In this document: piece after piece, positions 36,913 to 44,294 of the stretch | How the letters are laid out: each line of letters opens with the position of its first letter | How positions within the stretch are numbered: position 1 is the stretch's first letter | Assembly (NCBI GenBank): GCA_964384035.1 | Contig: CAYLIB010000003.1 | Location: 36,393-100,392, forward strand | Reading direction: 5' to 3' | DNA: 64,000 nt | Origin: an uncultured Candidatus Saccharibacteria bacterium | GTDB taxonomy: Bacteria > Patescibacteriota > Doudnabacteria > UBA920 | Position numbers and translations under genes: made by a program | The notes under the pieces: model-generated | The model's database searches: none | The model's input: the letters and a program-made list of their open reading frames with translations, nothing else | Told to the model about the DNA's origin: nothing

Positions 36913-38771
36913 TATTTAGTTAGCGTATCCCCTTTTGCGTAGTTGTCTACCTCGTCTTGTGGGAGGACTTTTATGTTCTTAGCCGATATCTTTCTAGCTT
37001 TATACGCTGCTGCGGTAAGTGGGCGTAGTTGTGACTTTTGAACTATATACACTGCTTGTGATTTGTCGCCTTTTACGATTGTGTTGTCTGAAGGTGGTAT
37101 AGGGACACCGTCACTCCATTCCTGTGCTTCTGCTTCAGCGACTTGGAAGTCCGCGGTAATTTTCCTTTGCTTAGAAACGAAAGATGAAACGTAATGTTTT
37201 TGACCGTCTTTAAATAAGTATAAAGTTCCATTGCCTGCTTTGAAAACACTTCTTTCTTTAGGAGTGGTATACGCGCCAATTGGTAAACCGGAAACTTCTT
37301 CGTCGGAAAGCGTTACAACCTGAGAGTTTTTGAATCCACGATTTTTAAAAACTACTCCGGAGATTGGTTTTTTAAGTCCGCCTTCTATGAAATAAACAGT
37401 ATTAGCTTTACTTGCTTTAACTATAGTACCGTCGAGCGGAGATACGAAACCAAACTTAGGATATGAGTTTATTTCTGAGTCTGGAATTACTTGAACTGCT
37501 TTGGAAATTTTTCTCTGTGTAAATGTATACGAACTAAAGAGTTTTAAATTTCCATTTTCAACTAAATATATTTCTGGTTTTTTCTCGCCACGAATAACTG
37601 AACCATCTTTAGGTGTAAGAACCTGGCCTTGCTCGAACAGTTGAGACTCGGAAGCGCTCATTGAAAGGGCATTAACGTCTGTTAGCCCTCTCTGGGTCAA
37701 AACGAAAGAGGAGACCGGTCTTTTAACATTGCTTATAAAAACGTAAGTTTGTGGATCTCCATCTACCTTAACTACAGTGTTGTCGTCTGGACCCAATATT
37801 TTACCTTGTGGGTATGAGCTTATTTCGTTTGAGGAGACTGTTATAGTTTTATTAATATCAAGCTTTCTTGCTTGAGCAACAAAATTTGGGAGCAACATTC
37901 TATAACCGTTTTGGATTATATAAGTATTTACGTCGCCACCCAATTTAATAAGTGTCCCATTTGGATATCTAAACCATTCATTAAAATATTTCCAGAAATT
38001 ATAGTTTCCATTAAATACATGAGGGGTATAACGATATAAAGCTGCGGTAGCCTTATTGGCTAACTGAATACTTTGCTGACCCATAATTCCATCGTAACCA
38101 CCTAGGGTGTTATCTAGCGTTATTACGTCCCCCACCCTGGCAACAGTACCATTTACACTCGGACCACGACCACCTTCCGTGTTGAAGGATTTCATAAGAC
38201 TTTTAGCTGCACCGACATATCTATTTCCACCAGTATCTAAATTACCGAATAGCTGAAAATAAAAACCAGGAAAAAGACTATCTTTACAACCAGTAGAATC
38301 TGGACAACCAAACCCCAATGAAAAATCCAGAGCTTTCTGTAGCTTTTCAGGAGTATCATTTTGATGATTGGTAATAAGACCCTGTTCTTTTTGAAGTTTT
38401 ACTATAATTACTTGAGGGTTTAAGCCTGACGCCTGCGATGCATCCCAGATGAGCTCTGCTGCTGTTCTAAGCCTGCCCAGGTTTGGACGAGGATCATCTA
38501 GTGCTTGTTTTAAAATTACAATTGTTGGTTCTTTAAGTTTTTGCAAAAAATCTGTTGAGGTGTTTGCTAATATACTATTCTTACTTTCTAAGAACTTCTG
38601 AATGCCTGTAGCATCACCAAAAGTCTGTATATCTGTAAATACAGAGTCGTCGATAATTTTATTAGGGTTAAAGGCAGGATCAACTGTGAGTCCCTGAGCA
38701 GAAACGGATGCTGGCACTAAAAAAAGCAGAAGTGCAGCTAAAATTTTTCGAATCTTTATTTTATTGTTCAT
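36912..38771 (-). CDS. secreted protein with six ~55-aa tandem C-terminal repeats (putative cell-surface/cell-wall binding module)
   Basis: 619 aa. Signal peptide (LLLFLVPASVSAQG), an N-terminal ~250-aa domain of unknown function, then six repeats of the pattern D-G-T-[IV]-[IV]-[KR]-x4-T-V-Y-x-[IV]-x-x-G-x-[KR]-x-P-I-S-S-x-x-V-F-x14-V-x-x-E-[IV]-x-x-[YL]-P-x-G. Confidence 0.65.
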   Translation of the reverse strand: MNNKIKIRKILAALLLFLVPASVSAQGLTVDPAFNPNKIIDDSVFTDIQTFGDATGIQKFLESKNSILANTSTDFLQKLKEPTIVILKQALDDPRPNLGRLRTAAELIWDASQASGLNPQVIIVKLQKEQGLITNHQNDTPEKLQKALDFSLGFGCPDSTGCKDSLFPGFYFQLFGNLDTGGNRYVGAAKSLMKSFNTEGGRGPSVNGTVARVGDVITLDNTLGGYDGIMGQQSIQLANKATAALYRYTPHVFNGNYNFWKYFNEWFRYPNGTLIKLGGDVNTYIIQNGYRMLLPNFVAQARKLDINKTITVSSNEISSYPQGKILGPDDNTVVKVDGDPQTYVFISNVKRPVSSFVLTQRGLTDVNALSMSASESQLFEQGQVLTPKDGSVIRGEKKPEIYLVENGNLKLFSSYTFTQRKISKAVQVIPDSEINSYPKFGFVSPLDGTIVKASKANTVYFIEGGLKKPISGVVFKNRGFKNSQVVTLSDEEVSGLPIGAYTTPKERSVFKAGNGTLYLFKDGQKHYVSSFVSKQRKITADFQVAEAEAQEWSDGVPIPPSDNTIVKGDKSQAVYIVQKSQLRPLTAAAYKARKISAKNIKVLPQDEVDNYAKGDTLTK

Positions 38772-38830
38772 AATTTTGGAGATTCTATTTAATATTTAGC
38801 CCTTGATAAAGAACAAGGATTGTTTGTTTA

Positions 38831-40675
38831 TTATAGCACGTAAGGTGTAGATATTTGGAACGAGGAGATATCTTGGTCTGGGATTAAGACTATAGGAAAA
38901 ACATTTAGTCCTCTATTCTGATAAAAATTAAAATTTATGGGATGAAGCTCACCTGATACCACCCAGTAGACCGTAAGACCTCTGTACCCTCTAATTAGAG
39001 TACCATCTTTAGGTGCAAGAAATTTTTCTGTGAACCATGAATTTAATTCTTCTTCTGGTACGGTTCTAATTTCAGAATAGCTTAAGTTGTTACTTTCGAA
39101 TACTAATTTTGTGATTGGAGATTTCCCACTTTTAGTAATGTAATAGACAGTTGGTTCATTTGCTTTTTTAACCAAAATTCCAACTGAGGGAGTAGTCTGG
39201 GGTCCTATGGGTATTGATATAAGTTCTGACGCCCTTACTCTTCTCAGAACAGTGGAAGGAAATCTTTGCTTTCTAACGAATTCCGAAACTGGTTGACGCT
39301 TTCCACCATTTATAAAAAATATGCGTCCTGATTCTTCTTCTAGGACTAAATCTTGATCTAGTACTGAAGAAGTTACAATCGGAGTATTTACTGCTTTGGA
39401 TACATCTATTTTTCCAGATCCTATCAACCCTGCGCAATTCAAGCCTCCGCAAAGAAAAGTATTCTGTGAGTCAATATTCGTAACAGATTTTAAAATAACT
39501 TCACGAACCTGTTGGATTGTTGCTTTTGGATGAATGGCTCTTATAAGTGCTGCCTCTGCGCTAACAAGAGGTACAGCCATAGAAGTTCCAGAAGCATACG
39601 CGTAACTATTGGGTGAACTTCTACCACTTACTGGGTCTCTATTTATAGTGGAGAGTATTCTCTTCCCCGGCGCTGAGACATCGATACAATGAGAACCATA
39701 ATTAGCAAATGGAGGTTTTTGGTCTTTGTAATCGATTGCAGTAACTCCGATAACCATATTGCTTCCGTTATCCTGACAAACTGGATAGCCTGGTGTAACG
39801 TCTAAGTTTAGACCATTTGCAGAGCTATCGTTTCCTGCTGCGGCGATAATAATAACCCCTTTGGAATATGCGTAGCTAATTGCGTCAGCCATTAGGCTGT
39901 CTGGCTCTGCACCAGCACCTCCTAAGCTTAGGTTAATAACATGCGCCCCGTGATCTGTTGCCCAAATAATACCTTGCGATACGGACGAAGATACTCCGTT
40001 ACCTGCAGAGTCTAAGGCTTTAATAGGTATAATACTTACTTGCCAGTTTGCACCTACAATACCGGTGGAATTGTTTGGCACCGCACCGATTACACCGGTA
40101 ACTAACGTACCATGTCCATTATCATCGCTATTTTGGTCTACTGGTATAGGTTGATTAGTAAGGAAATTATACCCAGGTAAAAAATTTATGCTTTGGAGAT
40201 CGACGTGTGTTACATCTATACCTGTATCTATGACTGCTATTATAGTTTCCTGAGTGCCAGTAGTTTTTTCCCATGCATTTAAAAAACCCGCACTAACAAG
40301 CGCCCACTGTTTATCTATATCTGTTTTATTTGTTGTGAATCCTGGATCTGAAAGATATAAAGACTCTGTTTTAATAACTGATTCCTGTTGAATATATTGA
40401 AATAAATTTTTATTAGATATAAGCTTGTTTACATAATTTGAGTTAAACTTATAAACTACACCCTCTTCATTGAATTTTTCTGTAGCAGTCAGTTGTGTAC
40501 CTAAAGATTTTAATCCTCGTGGCAAACTTTTCCCAGGCTTTAATCTAACAATATAATTTTGGGTATTAGGCTTTGCTTGTGATGCATTCGAGAAATTTAA
40601 ATTAGTAAAAAAGAGCGCTAATATAGCGCCAATAAAAATAACTTTTGAAAATTTTACAAGATTTATAAATTTCAC
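38831..40675 (-). CDS. subtilisin-like serine protease (peptidase S8) with three C-terminal copies of the same ~55-aa repeat
   Basis: 614 aa. Signal peptide. Catalytic triad motifs AVIDTGIDVTHVDL (Asp), HGTLVTGVIGA (His) and GTSMAVPLVSAEAALI (Ser). The C-terminal repeats are homologous to those of the 36912..38771 protein. Confidence 0.85.
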   Translation of the reverse strand: MKFINLVKFSKVIFIGAILALFFTNLNFSNASQAKPNTQNYIVRLKPGKSLPRGLKSLGTQLTATEKFNEEGVVYKFNSNYVNKLISNKNLFQYIQQESVIKTESLYLSDPGFTTNKTDIDKQWALVSAGFLNAWEKTTGTQETIIAVIDTGIDVTHVDLQSINFLPGYNFLTNQPIPVDQNSDDNGHGTLVTGVIGAVPNNSTGIVGANWQVSIIPIKALDSAGNGVSSSVSQGIIWATDHGAHVINLSLGGAGAEPDSLMADAISYAYSKGVIIIAAAGNDSSANGLNLDVTPGYPVCQDNGSNMVIGVTAIDYKDQKPPFANYGSHCIDVSAPGKRILSTINRDPVSGRSSPNSYAYASGTSMAVPLVSAEAALIRAIHPKATIQQVREVILKSVTNIDSQNTFLCGGLNCAGLIGSGKIDVSKAVNTPIVTSSVLDQDLVLEEESGRIFFINGGKRQPVSEFVRKQRFPSTVLRRVRASELISIPIGPQTTPSVGILVKKANEPTVYYITKSGKSPITKLVFESNNLSYSEIRTVPEEELNSWFTEKFLAPKDGTLIRGYRGLTVYWVVSGELHPINFNFYQNRGLNVFPIVLIPDQDISSFQISTPYVL

Positions 40676-41403
40676 GAAAGTTCTTTTTTATAAATACCAG
40701 AAATTTGTTTACTCTTGATGTGAAGTAGATCTATAAAAGATTGAATATATGCTTTGAGAGGTACATGGCTTCCACCGTGCTCTGTCCAAGATACTCCCAC
40801 TTCTTTTATTTTGTATCCCCTGTCCCTTGCGATAGTTAGGACTTCCATGTCGAATCCCCAACCTAAAACAGTGACACGTGAAAAGATGTCCTTAGCTGAC
40901 TTTGAGGTAAATGCCTTAAAACCTAACTGGGTGTCTTTAATACCAGGTACAGCCAACAATTGGATAAGGACATTACTCATTCTAGAAAGAATAACTCGAT
41001 AGAGCGGTTGTTTGTGTTTTACTAAATCGGGATTTGTATAACGCGAACCAATGACCACATCGTAACCTTCGTTGAAAAATGGGATGAATTTTTCGATTTC
41101 AGAAATAGGCGTCGCATTGTCAGCGTCCATAAACATAACGATATCTCCGCTGGCCTTCTCTAAAATACCACGCTTAACTGCATTACCTTTTCCACCTTCA
41201 GGAAGGTTCATTGCGGTCGCTTTCTGAACTGTGGTCGCTTCTAATTGTTTAACTATATCGTAAGTTTTGTCGTGGCTATTGTTTACCACAACAATAATTT
41301 CGTAATCGAAACTTTGTTTCTCTAGGAAAGAATCGACGTTTTTTAGTGTTTCAGTAATTCTTGCTTCTTCATTGTAAGCAGGAATAATTACAGATAATTT
41401 CAT
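40672..41403 (-). CDS. glycosyltransferase family 2 (dolichyl/polyprenyl-phosphate sugar synthase-like)
   Basis: 243 aa. MKLSVIIPAYNEEARITETL and the DxD motif FMDADNATP. Confidence 0.75.
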   Translation of the reverse strand: MKLSVIIPAYNEEARITETLKNVDSFLEKQSFDYEIIVVVNNSHDKTYDIVKQLEATTVQKATAMNLPEGGKGNAVKRGILEKASGDIVMFMDADNATPISEIEKFIPFFNEGYDVVIGSRYTNPDLVKHKQPLYRVILSRMSNVLIQLLAVPGIKDTQLGFKAFTSKSAKDIFSRVTVLGWGFDMEVLTIARDRGYKIKEVGVSWTEHGGSHVPLKAYIQSFIDLLHIKSKQISGIYKKELS

Positions 41404-41450
41404 AATAAATTCAAAATTTAAAATTCAAAAATCAAAGTTAAAATTTAAAA

Positions 41451-41819
41451 CTATTTATTCTTTAACTTCAGGCCACTACTACCTAGCATTTTTAATATTT
41501 CTATTGCTTCTGATGTTAGGGGTTTAATTATTTCTATTTTACCAAGTTTGGAGTGATTTAGTAAATCTAACCAATATATGATTTCGTTTGCGCTCTTTAG
41601 AGATATTTCGTAATACCTTTTAAACTCAAACCTTGAACTAGAAGCTCGACCTTCGGTAAGATTTGCCCCTACCGAACGCGCAGACCTCAGTAACTGATCC
41701 ATAATTATCCAAGCTGCTCGTTTATTTGGAAGAGTATCAGCTAACTTAATTATTTCTAGACTGAATTTGAAACATCTACTTGGTAGATCAGTTTTGAATT
41801 TAGAATTTAAATTTTGCAT
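41451..41819 (-). CDS. four-helix-bundle protein (TIGR02436-type, often encoded in 23S rRNA intervening sequences)
   Basis: 122 aa. LLRSARSVGANLTEGRASSSRFEF ... SLKSANEIIYWLDLL matches the family pattern. Confidence 0.65.
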   Translation of the reverse strand: MQNLNSKFKTDLPSRCFKFSLEIIKLADTLPNKRAAWIIMDQLLRSARSVGANLTEGRASSSRFEFKRYYEISLKSANEIIYWLDLLNHSKLGKIEIIKPLTSEAIEILKMLGSSGLKLKNK

Positions 41820-41820
41820 T

Positions 41821-42984
41821 CTAACTTCTAAATTTTGAGTTTTCTTGTGACATTTGCCAGCTGGTGGCGATTATATTTTCTAGGGTGGAGTGTTCTGGGC
41901 GGAATTTTAACTCTTTTTGGATTCGGCTAGTGTCGGCTACAGTTATAGGTGCGTCCCCTGGTCTTCTTGGGCCAACCTCTGTTGGAATCATCCGACCGGT
42001 TATTTCTGCGGCGGACTGAATAACTTCCTCTACGCTGAAACCTTTGCTTGTACCTATGTTGTAAACCCGGAAACCACTCTCCCCTGTCTCAAGACTCACA
42101 ACATGGGCTTTGGCTACGTCGAGTACGTGAATGAAGTCTCTTATGCAGGAGCCGTCAAATGTTGGATAATCTTTTCCGAAAACAGTTAGGACCGGGGTTT
42201 TCCCGAGAGCTACATCTAGAACGATTGGTATAAGGTGAGAGTTTTTGTGTGTGTCAGTTACGTTATATTTTGGCTCACACCCGGCTACGTTGAAGTACCT
42301 TAGAATGGTTACGTCGAAACCAAAATTTTTCGCAAAGTACTGAAGCATTTTTTCGGCGATCATTTTGCTTTCACCGTAAGGGTTGTTTGGTACAAGCGGT
42401 GTATCTTCTGAAATAGGTACTATTTGCTGTTCTCCGTAGACTGCGGCGGTAGATGAAAAAATAATTTTCTTTATACCGGCTGTTTCCATAGCTTGAAGTA
42501 AGACATAGGTAGCATGGGCATTGTTTTCTAGATACTCTAGCGGTTTTCTAACAGACTCTTCGACTTCGAGGAGAGCTGCTAAATGAATAACTGCGTCTAT
42601 TTGGTTTTCGGCGAGAAGCTGAGTTAGCAGTTCAAGATTGCTTACATTTCCGGTGACCAATTTTACACCATCCGGAATGTGTTCTTTTCTACCGGTCCTG
42701 AAGTCGTCGAGCACTATTGGGGTGTAGCCTTTTTCTACTAACAAATGTACGAGGTGTCCCCCTATGTAACCGGCACCGCCTGTTACCAAAATATTTTTTA
42801 TATTATTTTCTTTACTCATTGTATTTGTAGTCAAAATTTTCATATTCTTTCCTGCAAGTTCATTATACCTGTCCAGACTTAAAACTACTGCTTCGGGTTG
42901 GCCATCTAGCGAAAGCACGAGCCCACCACTTCTTTTCTTTATTTCTTTTAATAACTCCAAAAGATACTGATCGTTTTGCGGCAT
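41821..42984 (-). CDS. NAD-dependent sugar epimerase (UDP-glucose 4-epimerase GalE-like) with a ~45-aa Phd/YefM-like N-terminal extension
   Basis: 387 aa. Rossmann motif ILVTGGAGYIGGHLV and the YxxxK region. The N-terminal segment LVLSLDGQPEAVVLSLDRYNEL resembles Phd/YefM antitoxins and is in the same frame with no stop. Confidence 0.7.
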   Translation of the reverse strand: MPQNDQYLLELLKEIKKRSGGLVLSLDGQPEAVVLSLDRYNELAGKNMKILTTNTMSKENNIKNILVTGGAGYIGGHLVHLLVEKGYTPIVLDDFRTGRKEHIPDGVKLVTGNVSNLELLTQLLAENQIDAVIHLAALLEVEESVRKPLEYLENNAHATYVLLQAMETAGIKKIIFSSTAAVYGEQQIVPISEDTPLVPNNPYGESKMIAEKMLQYFAKNFGFDVTILRYFNVAGCEPKYNVTDTHKNSHLIPIVLDVALGKTPVLTVFGKDYPTFDGSCIRDFIHVLDVAKAHVVSLETGESGFRVYNIGTSKGFSVEEVIQSAAEITGRMIPTEVGPRRPGDAPITVADTSRIQKELKFRPEHSTLENIIATSWQMSQENSKFRS

Positions 42985-43081
42985 ATTTTGAAAATTAAAA
43001 ACAACAGCTCTAAAAAAGTTATTGTGCTGTTGTTTTGTGTTGGTATTTTTATTCTTAATTTGATAGTAGCAGGAAATAAAA

Positions 43082-43119
43082 AGACTAGCAAAACGCGTAC
43101 GTACGCGATTTACTAGTCT
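43082..43119. repeat. near-palindromic 38-mer agactagcaaaacgcgtacgtacgcgatttactagtct
   Basis: Outer arms agactag/ctagtct. The core acgcgtacgtacgcg is built of MluI-like (ACGCGT) and BsiWI-like (CGTACG) hexamers, and an SpeI-like ACTAGT hexamer is also present. It overlaps the stop codon of the 43113..44162 gene. Confidence 0.5.
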
Positions 43120-44162
43120 GGATTGACCAAGTGGATACCAAGCACCCGATTATCGTCCGAAACCTTCACAAGCGTGAGCTTTGTAGCGCCTTTTCGCTTA
43201 TAACTCATGAATTTCCCGCGACGAAATTCTCTGATCCGCTGCCACCTATTTCCGACTACCATCCCAAAGACGGCTTCGGGTACTCTAATTTCAAGCGTCT
43301 TACCCTTCAGCTTAGGGACGAGGTAAATCCAGGTACTTGATTGAGTCCCAGGAAAAACACCATGGAATTCATAGTCGTTTGGAAGAACGTCATTCGGTAG
43401 GCCATCCTTACCTATATGAACTACCACGTCCGTGTCCTTGAGCCACAGGTCAACATTGGCTTTTAGTTCCTGTTTGGCTTGAAACGCAGCAACTTCAGCT
43501 TGCTTAATCTCTTCTTCGGCCAAGACTTTCTTACACCCAGCTTCAGTAATCTGAAAGTCAGGGCAAATGCGAACTTCGACTGTAGAGAGATAGGTGTATT
43601 TGGGTGTATAACCCGTATACCGATCCACATCCCCCTCAACCTGGTAAGCATTCACGTACTCGAAGAAGAGCTGAAGTTCGATCTTTCCATCTGGGGCTTC
43701 CTCCCACTCGTCTATTATCCGTGTCTCTGCGAGTCGTTCGGCAGCCGCCCTGTGAACATCGTCATCAGGCCACAAAATCTCAGCCTGATTGGGAACAACC
43801 CTCATGCCAGGCAATGCCTCCAATTTCGGTTGAGTCGCAAACCAAACGGTTCCAACTCCTTTACTTCCAAGCCAAACATATTCCCCTGCATACATGTACG
43901 CAAGATGAGTAAGCTTGAAAGTGTTTCCGGTCTCCGGCAAAATCTGAACCATTTCTGGCTCAATCTGCCAGATTGCGGCGAGGAGCTGGACAGCTTCGAG
44001 GCCATTTTTGACCTCCCGCCAGACTTCCTTAAATCCAGCAAAGGGCAAGTCTTCTTGCCAACGGTTAAGTTTTGTGCCCTGAGGAACCTTCATGGAAAGC
44101 CGAAACTTTCCGGAAGAAACCTCAAACAAGGCGCTTCTGTTACTGCTGCTAAATTTCAGCAT
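43113..44162 (-). CDS. hypothetical cytoplasmic protein (GC-rich island gene)
   Basis: 349-aa ORF, ~50% GC. RBS agaggg. No recognisable domain. Confidence 0.55.
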   Translation of the reverse strand: MLKFSSSNRSALFEVSSGKFRLSMKVPQGTKLNRWQEDLPFAGFKEVWREVKNGLEAVQLLAAIWQIEPEMVQILPETGNTFKLTHLAYMYAGEYVWLGSKGVGTVWFATQPKLEALPGMRVVPNQAEILWPDDDVHRAAAERLAETRIIDEWEEAPDGKIELQLFFEYVNAYQVEGDVDRYTGYTPKYTYLSTVEVRICPDFQITEAGCKKVLAEEEIKQAEVAAFQAKQELKANVDLWLKDTDVVVHIGKDGLPNDVLPNDYEFHGVFPGTQSSTWIYLVPKLKGKTLEIRVPEAVFGMVVGNRWQRIREFRRGKFMSYKRKGATKLTLVKVSDDNRVLGIHLVNPD

Positions 44163-44294
44163 GATTTTCCCTCTTTCGTAGTTTTATTTGAAGTGCTAAT
44201 AAGGTTATTTACCCGGCATCAGGACTCCAAATCCTCTGACTAAAGATGCCCAGAACCCGTAAGGGCCTGGGCATCTTTTCTACTAAACTTTTTT

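Noticed and set aside
41451-41819. Presence of a 23S rRNA intervening sequence, inferred from the four-helix-bundle protein
   Set aside because: No rRNA sequence flanks the gene. It lies between a GT2 gene and the epimerase, so it is a free-standing copy.
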